A stretch of 64,000 nt of DNA from Vicugna vicugna (Eukaryota). Location: contig MU058423.1 in NCBI GenBank assembly GCA_013265495.1, positions 8,417,627 through 8,481,626 of the forward strand. The letters run 5' to 3'. The stretch's first letter is position 1; each line of letters starts with the position of its first letter. Of the stretch, positions 39,906 through 52,063 are shown piece by piece. A program made the position numbers and the translations under genes. A model generated the notes under the pieces. That model was not told the DNA's origin, searched no databases, and was given only the letters and a program-made list of their open reading frames with translations.

Positions 39906-40110
39906 GGGCTGTTTAAAAGCACTCCAATCCTTAATTAAGAGGAGTGCAGTAAGGTTCTTAAACCTCACTGCCTGTGACATGCCGTCCTTCCTCGTGCTAC
40001 TTTGGTTTTCATCTTGTTCATCACTAGATTTTAGGTATCCTCCGTGTCACTTGATTTTTTGTTGTTGTTGTTCATCTCGTCCTGCAGTCACCCCCCTCCT
40101 GAACTTTGAA

Positions 40111-40245
40111 ATGCTTTACCTGATCGGTTTGGGCCTGGGAGATGCCAAGGACATCACAGTCAAGGGCCTGGAAGTTGTAAGAGGCTGCAGCCGAGTGTAT
40201 CTGGAAGCCTATACCTCAGTCCTGACTGTAGGGAAGGAAGCCCTG
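40111..40245 (+). CDS. DPH5: DPH5 first coding exon (aa 1-45), diphthine methyl ester synthase; exon begins at 40088 with 23 nt of 5' UTR
   Basis: [45 protein letters not shown]; acceptor CCTGCAG| at 40087, donor CTG|GTAGGT; 135 nt, phase 0. Confidence 0.98.
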
Positions 40246-41912
40246 GTAGGTGCTTAAGGCTCTGCAGCCTGCTGGGACGAACGATTATCTAACAGCAGAT
40301 TTTTTATTACGTTAAGCTAAATTGAAAATGTAGGTCTGTTCGAAACCTTTAAAACACATCCCCAGCTCATTAAGAATTTGAGGAGAACAAGAATGAAAAT
40401 CATACACCACGTGACTTGGAAAATGGAAGAGTGCTTTTTCTTATTTTACAAGTTTAATTGTGTGGCTTTCTCCAATAAATAGGAAAGTTATTTTATACTC
40501 CTGGGGATAGTTATCAGAATCCCTTATTTCATGAGATAGCCAAGAAGTCCTTTCTGAGTTGACTGCTAATGAGGTGCTGACACAGCCTTAATGAGTCGGT
40601 TATGTATTCAGGAACCAAGCTGAAAGCTTATCCCTTTGAAGTATTTCCATAGGGAATCGTAATCGCTTTTATGTCTGTATCTTATCCAGAGAGATCTCAC
40701 CTTTAATTAGACATCTCCCAGTAAGGCTTATACCCATACGCTTGGGTGTGTTGAGTGAGCCTGGGACTTATAGCCATAGAATTTGCTAGTATGTCATACA
40801 TTTAGCTGGTTCTGGTTTAAAGGCTCAGATTTTGGAGAAGGGGTCAAATTCAGGTTCATTGTCAAATTTCAAGTAGACTGTAAATTAAGATGAAAAGATG
40901 GATAGACATGTTATAGGAGGAGGGAAAGGATTTTAGAATTGTCTGGTCTACCAAGTATTCCAAAGAAAAAGGTGACCTAGAGAATTTCAGGTCTTCTGGC
41001 CTCTCAGATTCACAGTCCAGGGAATTCTGAAGGTCTCAGAGTTACTTTAAAACCTTAAAGAAGGACTGCTACTTGAATTGGCCATGCATTGAAATAAAAG
41101 CTGTGTCTAATGACCAGCTTTGATTTGTTGGCTCCAGTTTATTAGGATGGAGCCAGAGTATCTGAGTTCAAGATGATAGGAATGTTCCTCTCTAATTAGT
41201 GATCAAGGACGATTAGAATGTACTTAAATCTTCTTGAAGAATAAAGACAAATCAGTAGTTTTATAGAATTGGACCTGGCTTTTAAGTCTTTGCTCTGTCA
41301 CATGATAACGTGACCTAAGATAAGCCTTTCTTAGTTTCTTACTATCTAAAGAGGACAGAAATGCCTACTTTATAGGTTCTTAGCATAGTGTCTGTCACAA
41401 AAGTATTTATAAATATGAGTTGTTAATAGATTCATTTCCAAACTTCTCTAAACCTCAATATCTTCATTTGTCAAATGGAGATAATAGACAATAAATGTGT
41501 CATTTATTAAGATGATTATATTTGAAAGTATTTTGCAAATTTAAGTGCTAGCTAAATGTTAATTCTGATTGCTATGACTTTTCTAAGTATTTCTTTTTCT
41601 AAAAACAATTGGAGAGACCAGAGAGGACAGGAAAGAACTCTGCATTGAGAAAAATGAGGCCATCACCTATTAACCTTTATCAACATCCTGTTTATCCTTA
41701 CTCTAAATCTGAATCTGTCCTCCCTCCAGTCTTAGAAAATGACTGAGAAAGATGAGGTTCTCTTCCTTTTCAAGTGTAATGCCATCTAGATGTTTTTTCC
41801 CACACTTCTTCCTCTCTATTCCTCTAGAACCTTACTTTCATCAGTTACTCTTTCTTCTTTATGTTTGATCTGTATTAACATCCTTCTCTTAGCCTGAAAC
41901 CATATTCAAACA

Positions 41913-42124
41913 CAGTTGACCCTTGAACAACTTGGGTTTGAACTGCACAGATCCACTCATATGTGGATTTTTTTCAATAAGTAAATAATACAGTACTGTT
42001 TGATTCAAGGTATGTTGAATCGCAGATATAGAGGACCCATGGGTATGAAGGGCTGATTGTAAAGTATACTGGAATTTTTGACTTGAAGGAGAGTGGGCAC
42101 CCCAACTTGTTCAAGGGTCAACTG
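41913..42124. mobile_element. Tigger2-derived MITE (TcMar-Tigger)
   Basis: Perfect 18-bp TIRs CAGTTGACCCTTGAACAA / TTGTTCAAGGGTCAACTG. Confidence 0.9.
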
Positions 42125-44675
42125 CATTATCCATTCTCAAAGCTCTCCTCTTTTAAACCTCTTTTTCCCATAGTTATTATTTCTATCTCTTCTTTTTCCA
42201 AAGCTTTTTGAAAAGTATACTTTTATTGTCCCCCACTTCTGCTCATGTCTCAAGACTCCTACAACTGGATCTTCCCTTCCTCTGAAATAGTAGCTGAGAA
42301 CTCCAGAGGATAGTTTTGAATTCATGTCTGGTGTTTCTGACATAGTTGGCTACTCCTTGAAACTGGCTTTCAAGACATGACTTGACTTTCTCTTGTTTTG
42401 CGCCTACTTTTCCATTTTTCTCAGTCCCCTTTGTAAGCTCCGTATTTCTCCATTCCTGCTTTAAATGTTAGTGTTTTTGTTTTGTTTTTAAGATTTTGCT
42501 CTCACCTTTGTTTTCATATGTTACTTTGAGCCTAATAGTCTTCTACATTTTGACAAGGTAATATGTTAAGCAGTTTGAAATTCAAAAGATACTAAAAGGT
42601 ATATACATCAAAAGATTTCTATCCCAATTCTTCTTTCTAGAGGCAGTCATTACTAATTTCTTGTGTATCCTTTCAGAAATACCCACAGTATTTTTAGCTT
42701 TTAGTTTTTACCCTCTTCCCTGTATACAAAACCCGTCAACTTAAAACCAAGAATGAATTTTGAGTTTTACCTTCATTTTCATGAATGGAGATTAGGGCTG
42801 AGATTATACAAAAACTGTCTAATCAGTCATTGGATAATAATATAGTATCAGTTTAATATCATTTGTTGCCTTTTTTTTTTTTTTTTTTAGTTTTCCTTCC
42901 CTAACCTTGACTAGCTTCAGTGTTCTTATAGCATGTATAATGTGGTGGTTAATTCCCCACTAAGCATTATGCTCCGTAGGGCAGTGGTCACATACTCACA
43001 TTCACATTCACCACTGTTTCCCAACATCATGCATAGAGTTTGGCACAGAGGTTGTGCACAAGAAATACTTTTCAGATGAGTGAGTGAACAAATAAATAAT
43101 CAAATGGTTAAGTTAAAAATAGTGTAGTACCAGTCTCTTATTGCTTTTGCAATCTCTTCCCTTTTCTAAGCATTCTATTTCAAAAGGACCAACCATTTGG
43201 TTATACTGAAGTATTTATGTTTCTCTTTAAGGAAAATTTTTTTTAAAAAAGTAAATATTCTGTTGTCTCAGTTAGATAATGAAGTATTCCTTGGGTTAGG
43301 ATAAGTCATAAATATGGAAAAATACATGATAGACGTCTTGAGGAGAGAGTGGGTTTTCTGTTGTTAAATCATTTATAAAATATTGGATAGGATTCCTGTT
43401 AGCATTAAGCTAGTGACTCCCTGATCTTTAGGAAATGTTACAAGTTCCGAAAAAACATCATTTCTTCCAGTTTTCAGTAATCATATGTGTTTTCTCTTAC
43501 ATAATGTGAATATAAATATTCTACAACTATTAAGTTTACTGGGCTCACAAAATTAAAGTATGGTATATGAAAATGAACGATTAGGAAAAAATACGTGGTA
43601 AAAGTGGAAATAAAACTTTTCTTCTATTGAAACATCATTGTCCTTTAGGAGTTCTGGAACATTATTCAAAAAAGATATGCAAAGAAAAGGAAAGGACCTT
43701 TTTTCACATTTGAAGAACAGATTCTTGTTAAGTATTAGGAAAAAATTATCAGAGTTGAAACTATAGCCTTTACCTTCAAATGCTTAATCATTTGTTCATT
43801 TACTCATTCACTTGATAAATATGATTGAGTAGCACATGCTCTTCCATTATAGCAATCCTTTTTTGACATATGATATAATCCTTATATAAACTTCTCAGTA
43901 TGTAATAAATAGTATTATTCATCTGTGTGTCACTTTTACTATATTTGGATTATATACTGCTCCATAGGAAATCAGTTATAAGATTCATGATCTTGCATAA
44001 TAGCTGTAACCACTCCCACATGACCACCAGCACACTAGCTCACTGTTACATGCTGCCGTTCCAGTTAAGGTCAGCCTCCTGAGTTTGTTCTTTAGGGTTG
44101 AGCTTCTGGGGATTAGTTCACAAAGCAGTTTATGTGGAGACTTCCTATATATTTAGAATTGTTTTTTTTCTCTTGCAACTCTGCCTTTTTTTAGCAGGAA
44201 CTAGGAAATAGAGTTTTAAATTAGTCTTTCCTGCGATTATAAAGGAATGTTTGCCAGTTCTGTAAACAGCTAAATCTTAATTTTCTATTATTTCTCATTG
44301 AAATTACCTTTTATTTTAGATAATCGTTCCTAAGGAAAATTTAATAAAACCCAACTATGATGTATATTTATAATTATTATTTAATATATTTATTCTGCAT
44401 TTATCTGTTTCTGAAGTAAGGTGTATGCATACATGTTCTCTGTTCATCCTACAATGTTCTGCCTGGTCTGTTGGACCCAAATTTAGAGGTTAATTTAAAA
44501 TGCAAAAAGCCTCAGATGTTAGGAGGTCTGCCTCCTCTTGGGATATTAAGATAGCCACAGGGACGGAGTTTAATTGCAACATGATACAGAATGCTAGCTC
44601 ACTGATGAGTTGTATTCAATGATCTGTGTTTGGATGGTTGCCAAGATTTGCACTAGCCCCAGACAAAGATTGTTT

Positions 44676-44691
44676 TGTGTGTGTGTGTGTG
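44676..44691 (+). repeat. (TG)8 microsatellite ~50 nt upstream of a DPH5 acceptor
   Basis: Read directly from the sequence. Confidence 0.9.
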
Positions 44692-44740
44692 TTGAAATGG
44701 TCACCTGCTTCTCATTTTTATATTGGGCTTAAATCTATAG

Positions 44741-44865
44741 GAAGAATTTTATGGAAGAAAACTGATTCTTGCTGATAGAGAAGAAGTGGAACAGGAAGCA
44801 GATAATATTTTAAAGGATGCTGATATCAGTGATGTCGCATTCCTTGTAGTTGGTGATCCATTGGG
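44741..44865 (+). CDS. DPH5: DPH5 coding exon (aa 46-87)
   Basis: [41 protein letters not shown](G); TATAG| acceptor, GG|GTAAGT donor; 125 nt, phase 2. Confidence 0.98.
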
Positions 44866-46031
44866 GTAAGTCAAAGCAGATATTTTGAGTTTTAATTTAT
44901 TTACTTTTTTAATCATTAAGAATTATTTTTATTACATTCAAAACTTTACCTACTGGGTCCTGGTAGGGGACTTTCTTTACCTGGACTCTGTCTAAGATTT
45001 TGTAGTTTAAACTTTTGGTATCTTTGAGATTAATGAAGAAAATCCACTTGGGAAGAGCATCGTCATATGTACCACTTACATTGGTTGTTAAGTGTCAGCT
45101 CTCAAGTTTGCATCATTGCTTCTGCTGTGTTTTTAGAAAGTCACTTAGGGTGTTCAATAACCTAACTAGTATATCATTATTAAGTAAGTATATTACATTA
45201 TCGAGAGTCATAGATTTTGCAGGTAAGTGCGAGTATCTTCTGCTTGCTTTGTCCTAGGATTCTCCCCCCCTTCTAAATCATCTACTGTTTAGCAATACTG
45301 CTGTTACTTTACTTGCCTTGCATTTATTATTTATCAAGACTCAGATTTTGATTTCTTATATCCATTGGGAGCGCTGCACTTCCTGGTTACTAAAAAGATG
45401 GGCTTCTACTTGTCTAGTCAAGCATCATTAATCTCTAATATCAAGCCAAACAGAAAAGTTCTTTGTCTCCAGCTGGTGACCTAAGATTTGTATCACAGAT
45501 TGAAGGAACATAAGGACACTTAAATCACTATGAGCCCAAGGACATTTTTCAAAGCAGTGGAGTTGCATATGCATGTATCTGTCAAAAAGAAAGTAATTCA
45601 TATCAGTATGAGGTGCCAGAGATTGTGTATCATTATTACACTTGATTGCAAATGACACTGGGTAATCATACATTTAAAAACATTTCAATAGTTTGTTTTA
45701 GCCTCTGACATTGTTTTCTTTAAAGACCTTCCTCCAAATTATTAGCACCTATGGTCCTTTTTTTTTTTTAACACCACCAAATGGTAAAAAAAAAAAAAAA
45801 AAAAAAGAAGGGTAATGAAAAATCCTATGTGTAAAATGTCTTGGCACTCTTGTGGTCTTTTCTCATTATCTCACTGACTCCTGCCAAAATCCTGTGTTTA
45901 CTATAGTGACACCTTCTGAACTTGCCAATCTCCTGGCTTGTTGGTATCACAACTCTTAGAGTCACCTAGATGAGTAATCTGAGTCACTTTTGACTTTCTT
46001 GATGTCCAGTCACTGACAAGGTCCAATAAAC

Positions 46032-46322
46032 CAATGCTACTTGAAGTGAGATTTGCATACTGGTGCCAGCCCACAAACTTACTAGTCCACGATGAGATAA
46101 CTACAAAAGTTGGAAGTAAACGTTAGAAACTTTTATAGCAGGTTTACAAGGTAATTTTTTTCTCTGCTGAATCTAATAATAAAAATTTGAAGCTTGTATT
46201 TTATATTATTTTATATTTAATTTTCCTAATGCTTTTTTTTTGCATTTTACAAAACTAATATTCCATGACAATTTAGAACTTTAAAAAAATATTGGCCTTT
46301 CAGCACAGTTTGAGAAACACTG
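46032..46322. mobile_element. Charlie18a-like hAT MITE
   Basis: CAATGCTACTTGAAGTG...TAGAAACTTTTATAGCA...GAATCTAATAATAAAAA...AGTTTGAGAAACACTG. Confidence 0.7.
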
Positions 46323-47034
46323 CTACTGACTTTTCTTTTACGAAGTTTTTCCTATCCTTTCATTCCTTTCTACTCTGGCAGCCTCTGTTCTACCTAATCC
46401 AAGCCCTCATTATACTAGTTTAATACAGTAGCCTTTTACTTGGTCCAGGCATAGACTCTTAACTCATTGCTTAGGCTGTGGTCAAATTCGTGTTTGTAAA
46501 ACCACAATTTTAAAATCTTACCTGGGCTCAAAATTAGATCATTATTAGCTCCATCATTGGCCAGGCATGAAAAATACTGTCCAACCTGCTCTTCTGTTGG
46601 CGTCTTACCTCTTGTTCTGAAACCCACACTCATGCCAACCAGTTTGCCCTTCCCCAGTTATCATGCTTTCTAACTGTCACACATTTGTTCAAACTGCTTC
46701 CTTCATCTGTAATGCCTTTTGCCCCATTTCTGGCTGTCAGAAGGCTACCCATCTTTCAAAGCCCAACTTGGCGATGTAGTTCCTAATTACCCCAACCAGA
46801 AGTTATATCTCTTCCTAATTGCTGACATATTATTTATATTTATTTTCATATATTACCTCACAAAGTTTTTTATGTGTATATTTACTCTTTAGATTTGTAG
46901 GCTGTTTTGTTTTTATCTCTTTAGCTCCCCTTATAATACTTTGCTTATAGTAGACATCAGTTAAATATTTATTGATAGAGTTGTTAATATTATGCCTGAG
47001 ATCATGACAAAGGAAGACCAGACATAGCTTAGAC

Positions 47035-48400
47035 TGACATTTATCCATTCAGCAACTGCCTTTTGAACACCTATCTCATGACAGGTGCTCCTGCATGCTG
47101 CATATATATTAGATGATAAGACACGAGGTTTATAGTTTAGTAGGAGAGGCTGACAGCAGTTGAAGAAACAATAATAAGAATGATAGGTCTGTAAAGCCAA
47201 AAAAAATAGGGACTAACAGGAATAGACTAATTTATGCAGGGTCATATGGAAAATCCTTTCTGTGGAGGTGATATCCAAGCAGGTATCTAAAAAGTAAAGG
47301 GAATACAAAACAGAAACAGACTCACAGAGACAGAGGACAAACTTATGGCTTCTAGGGGTCAAAGGGATGGGAAGGGATAAATTGGGAATTTGGAAATTTG
47401 TACCTCTTGAGGGGCGATCAAAATGTTAGCGATCTTGATTGTGGTGGTGGTTTCATTGGTGTAAACATCTATCAGAATTCATCAAATTGTACATCTGAAA
47501 TATGTGTAACTTACTGTACAGGAATCATACCACAATAAAGGTGTTTAAGAAAATAATAAAGGGAATGGTAGAAGGAAAGAACATTCTAAGCAGAGGGAAC
47601 AGCAAGAGTATATTCAAGGAGCTGAAAAGTCAGTGGCTGGAGCACAGTAAGTGAAGGAAAAAGAGACATGAGGAGTTAAAGAGGTGGGAGCCAAAACGTG
47701 TAAGGCCTTGGAGGGAGGAAGGATTTTATTTGAAATACAGTGGTGACCTTTAAAGGTTTTAAGCTGCAGATAATCACAATCTCATTGATATTCTTAAAAG
47801 ATCACTCTTAAGTGCTTAGGAGAATAGATTTTAGGGAGACAAGGGTGGCTCTGGTGGAAGAAAGAAAAATACAAACTGGGAAAATTTTACAAGGAAAAAT
47901 GCCAGGTCGTATATAGTTGATGAGGAAAAGGAAAGAAGTTAGTTTTCAAGGATTCTGGCTCTAGTAACTGAGTAGTTGGTGGTGCCATTTGTTGAAATGA
48001 TGAAAATCAGCAGCAAAAAGGACTGGGGGAAGCAAGAATTGGTTCTGGAAACGTTTTAAGTTTAAGATGTCAGACAGACAGTCTGATACCTGCTGCTGGA
48101 GCCCAAGCGAGGGGTTATCCTGGTTATACAGCTTTTTAATTCATCAATATGTAGATGATATATAAAGCTAGAGGAATGGGTGGAATCATTTTAGGAAAGA
48201 ACAAAAGCCAGAGAAGACGACCTCGGCTCAGTCCCTAGGAAACTTTGGCAGTTCATGGTCTATCAGGAGCAGAGGAGGAGGAAAACCAATAGAGTGTGCT
48301 GTCACAGAAGCCAAAAAAAGATAATGTGTCAGAAAGAATGATCAGCTTTGATATACTGCTGAAAGGTTAAATAGAGGATGAAGATAGAAAAGAATGTGTA
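47035..48400 (-). mobile_element. L2 fragment (contains L1 insert at 47305)
   Basis: CATTTATCCATTCAGCAA...TTGAACACCTA; ACATTCTAAGCAGAGGGAACAGCA; GGTGGTGCCATTT. Confidence 0.7.
47305..47556 (+). mobile_element. 5'-truncated L1 3' UTR with an atypical tail
   Basis: ACAAAACAGAAACAGACTCACAGA...ACAAACTTATGG...GGGATAAATTGGGA followed by an L1M-like terminus with CAATAAAG; 10-bp TSD TAAAGGGAAT (47295-47304, 47557-47566). Confidence 0.85.
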
Positions 48401-49775
48401 AATTTAAGGGCACATGTTTGGACTTAATTGCATGTGGCTTTATGAGGAGGTGGTGTTTGAGCGAGGTCTGGGTAGAGTTTATCAGGGCAAGATTGTGGGG
48501 TTGAGAGGTGGGAGTAGCTGAGGGAATGGAAGGGAAAATTCAATGTAAGTGAAAAAACTGGGGCCCGAAGAAAGTGCCTCAGTGCTGCTCAGAATCCTTC
48601 AGGGACTTCACGGCCTTAAATCTTTTAACAGTTTGTCTGCTTTTTCCTTTGGCTACTCTTTTTGACTGTGGCAGAGCTCAGTTGTATAACTTTGTCATTT
48701 TACGAATGTTTTGCAATGTTTGTTCCCTGTGTCCTTATTCATGCTTTTTCCTTTAAACAGACTGTTCTTCCTGGTTTCTGTTTTGTAAAATAGTAGATTC
48801 TTTAAGGCCCAGCTCAGATGCCACCTCTTCCATGACTCCTCCCTTTTTCTTTCAGGAGTAAGTGCTTTTTTTTTTTTTTTTTAACTTTTAGACAGGTAAT
48901 TTTCCCTGTTTCAGTGACTAAGCTTATATGGATCTGTGTATTCAGATTTATGTAATATTTACTGAATTGTAGTTATTTTTCATTTACCAACTGGATTATT
49001 ATTGGGATATAGTAGTTGGAGACAGGGTGTTAGGGAACATACAAAATTTTATTTGGGCCTTGAAGAATTAGAATTTGAGTTAATTATAGATAAACCAGGA
49101 AGAGAATCCAGCATGCAACAAGGCACTGAAGTTCTTCCTTATATGTGGCCAAAAATAGATGCACTTTGTTTAATTTTAAGCCCCCTCCTACTTGTTTGAA
49201 TGAAAAATTCAAAAAGAAGGGAAAATTGTTTAGTCAGTCTTAAAATTCTTTTTTCTAATATTTTACGAATTTTCTAATATGTAAGAATTCTAATATTTTA
49301 AAAATATAAAGTATTTATAAAACAGACCTTTTTAACCATTTTTAAATGTACAGTTCAGTGGCATTGAGTACATTCACATAGTTGGGCATCCATCAGCAGC
49401 AGCCATCCCCAACAATCTTAAACTCATGAAGAGGGCAATTGAAAGTCAGTTAAGTCAGTTGGTGTGGTTCTCATCTTTGCCCTTTTATCTAGGTTATTAA
49501 AAGGAATGTGGGAGTTAATCACATAAAGAATGTAAATGAGTCTAAAAAAATACTACATCAATAGATCTGACTCAGTCATGTGAGAGATGATAGTCTTAAG
49601 CTTTCCATCCCCATAAAGAGCAGTTGAACAGGGTCATCATTAAGCGGATTCTTTCTTAAGATGATTCCTTTTTTTATTCCATTCTGTATTTTGATGTGCT
49701 CTGTAACTGTATGTATTTCATAATAAGTGTACACATGATTTTTTTATCTTTATATTCTGTGCCTTTTCCTTCATG

Positions 49776-49782
49776 GCGCGCG

Positions 49783-49813
<31 letters not shown>

Positions 49814-49814
49814 A
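49776..49814 (+). repeat. G(CG)7(CA)12 compound microsatellite
   Basis: Read directly from the sequence. Confidence 0.95.
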
Positions 49815-50542
49815 AACAAGTCTCACTTTGTTCACTTGTGTCTTCTGTGCCTCAGTTATGGGCATTTGATTGCTTTCATTCCATATAATTAACGTATTTG
49901 AACAGTGTCCAATACACTTAAGCATTATTATCATTAGTCCATTTTTTTTTCTCAAACATAAAGTTGTCATGCATGGATTAAAGCATATGATCCTTACCCC
50001 CCCCTTACTTTCTTATTGTCGTTTTTTTGGATTGTTTACTAATGATAGACTCTCCAAAATAGGTTTATAATATCAAAAAATCAAAACTTTAGGACATGGA
50101 CATTTTCAAGCGTATATTGTCAAATTAACTTTTCAAAAGGATTGTACCAATTTATAGTGCTTCCAGTAGTTCATAAAAACACCATTTTTATTACAAATAT
50201 TAGTGAATTTTCAGATTACCAGCCATACCTCTGTCAAATATGGTGATACTGTGTCTGCAAATTAGTATTATTTAAAATAAAACTTAAACATACCAGGCTT
50301 TATACATTCAGATTGGCCACCTTTATGTACTTTATTTCATTGATTCCATTGATCAGAACATTCTTGAATCTTCTCTTTTATAAATGCCTTCAGAGCAATT
50401 CCCAGTAACAAGCATATTATTAAGAAACATTTATTAGTATTTCTGGGCATGTGACTCTACCTAGAATCATATGTGTGTATGTATATGTAAATACAATTTT
50501 GGATAGGGCCACATGCCCAGAAATAGTAATAAATTTGTCTTT

Positions 50543-50573
50543 ACACGCACACACACACACACACACACACACG
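50543..50573 (+). repeat. (CA)n microsatellite
   Basis: Read directly from the sequence. Confidence 0.9.
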
Positions 50574-52063
50574 CTCTTTCCCTTTCACCATAATGAAGCA
50601 TTTTCATACGCCACAGACTGGGAGCAATGCCCAATATAAGGATGTTAAGTCCTTGTTTCATACCTTTTTTTCTTTTTTATGAAGCAATATAATCTAGGTA
50701 ATTGTGATGATAAAATACCAATTTTATCACAATTTTTCATAGCAGAAATCTGAGGGGCTCATTTAATCACATTTATAGCAGTTTCACAAAATCAAATCAC
50801 TTTGCCAGGTCATTAAATCTTCATAGTACACCACCACATCTGGTCATTTTAAATGCATTTGTGATAAAGAGAGGTATAATTTTAAATCAGTTTTTCTTTC
50901 TGCTCATCTGTTTAAATAACTCACCAAGAACTAATTCCGTTTTCCTTAATCTTAGTGTTAAGTAGTGAGATTCTGTTGAAAGTGATATTAAAAACAATTC
51001 TTTACAACTGGCATTTATATTATTTTTTAAAAGCTTACTCTAAATCAACTTAATGATTGTTTTTATAGTAGTTTTTATTTTATGTGTGTGATTAAAAACA
51101 GACTTCCCTGGTGGGCACTTGTTAATCTGTTTCTGACTGCCTCGTGGGGTGAGAGCCCTTGATCTTCCTACTGGGTGTGCACTGACCAGTTGGCAGGTTC
51201 TGCTCGTTTGTATGTAGTTTCTCAAACATGCTAATGTTGCTTTCCCCAGTAGGGCCTGGAGTTTTCATCAGGGGAGAAAAAGGCTTTAATAATGCAGTCC
51301 TAAATTGATGTGGGGTTACCTTTCACGGTATCCATATTTATATTTACATGTATTCTCTCTTTACCCCAATCTATCTAATTATAATCACCAGATCTGTCTC
51401 AAAAAAGGGAAGGCAGCAGGCAGAATAGGCACACACGTACACATGCTAATTATACACAGTGACCAGACTGAAAACAATGATAAATAAAATAAGATGACTG
51501 CAAGACCGATGTAAAACCCAACTTGGAATGTGTCTGCTACCACTCTAATGTTAAGGCAAAGATGGAGAGGCTCTGAAATGTCTGTCAATTCTGCCTTGTA
51601 TAGAAACAGTCTTCAGAGTAGGAGCAGACATCAAGGAGCAGATCCAGTTGTGCTGTGATCTGGAACTCTACCGCAGTGGTGTTAACGGTTTAAAGGGATC
51701 CTAAGACCAACAAGTTTAAGAACTGCTGCGGAAGAGTTCAGCTGCTGAGCTTATAGTCCACAGATGTTTCATGCAGGTGTTAATAGGACAAGAAGAGCAA
51801 GTTAAAACTCTTTTTTTCTGTAGCTTCCAAGGCTCCTTTAAGAGTGTTCAAGGTGCAGTTCAACATTGTTAAAGGGCATGTTGTAAACCTTCTTGCCGGG
51901 GAGCCCAGATGAAGGCCTTACGCATGCACCTCGAAGTATTTGAGGAAAAGCAGTGTCCTTGACCCTTTGCCTTGAGCTCATGAAGTGTTACATGTAGCTT
52001 TACTGTCTTAAAAAAAAATTAGCCTTAGTTAGTTTAATCCAACTTGATCTTTTTTCAATGCAG

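Noticed and set aside
39269..39980. Overlapping 67-138 aa ORFs on both strands
   Set aside because: Expected stop-codon scarcity in a GC-rich CpG island; no recognisable protein features.
44602..44640. Hammerhead-like CTGATGAG core (similar at ~20342)
   Set aside because: No stem II followed by GAAA and no stems I/III; the 20342 case lies in a MIR-like fragment.
51100..51240. H/ACA snoRNA-like double hairpin ending in ACA
   Set aside because: The hinge lacks an ANANNA H box and the second hairpin is poor; an Rfam/Infernal search would settle it.
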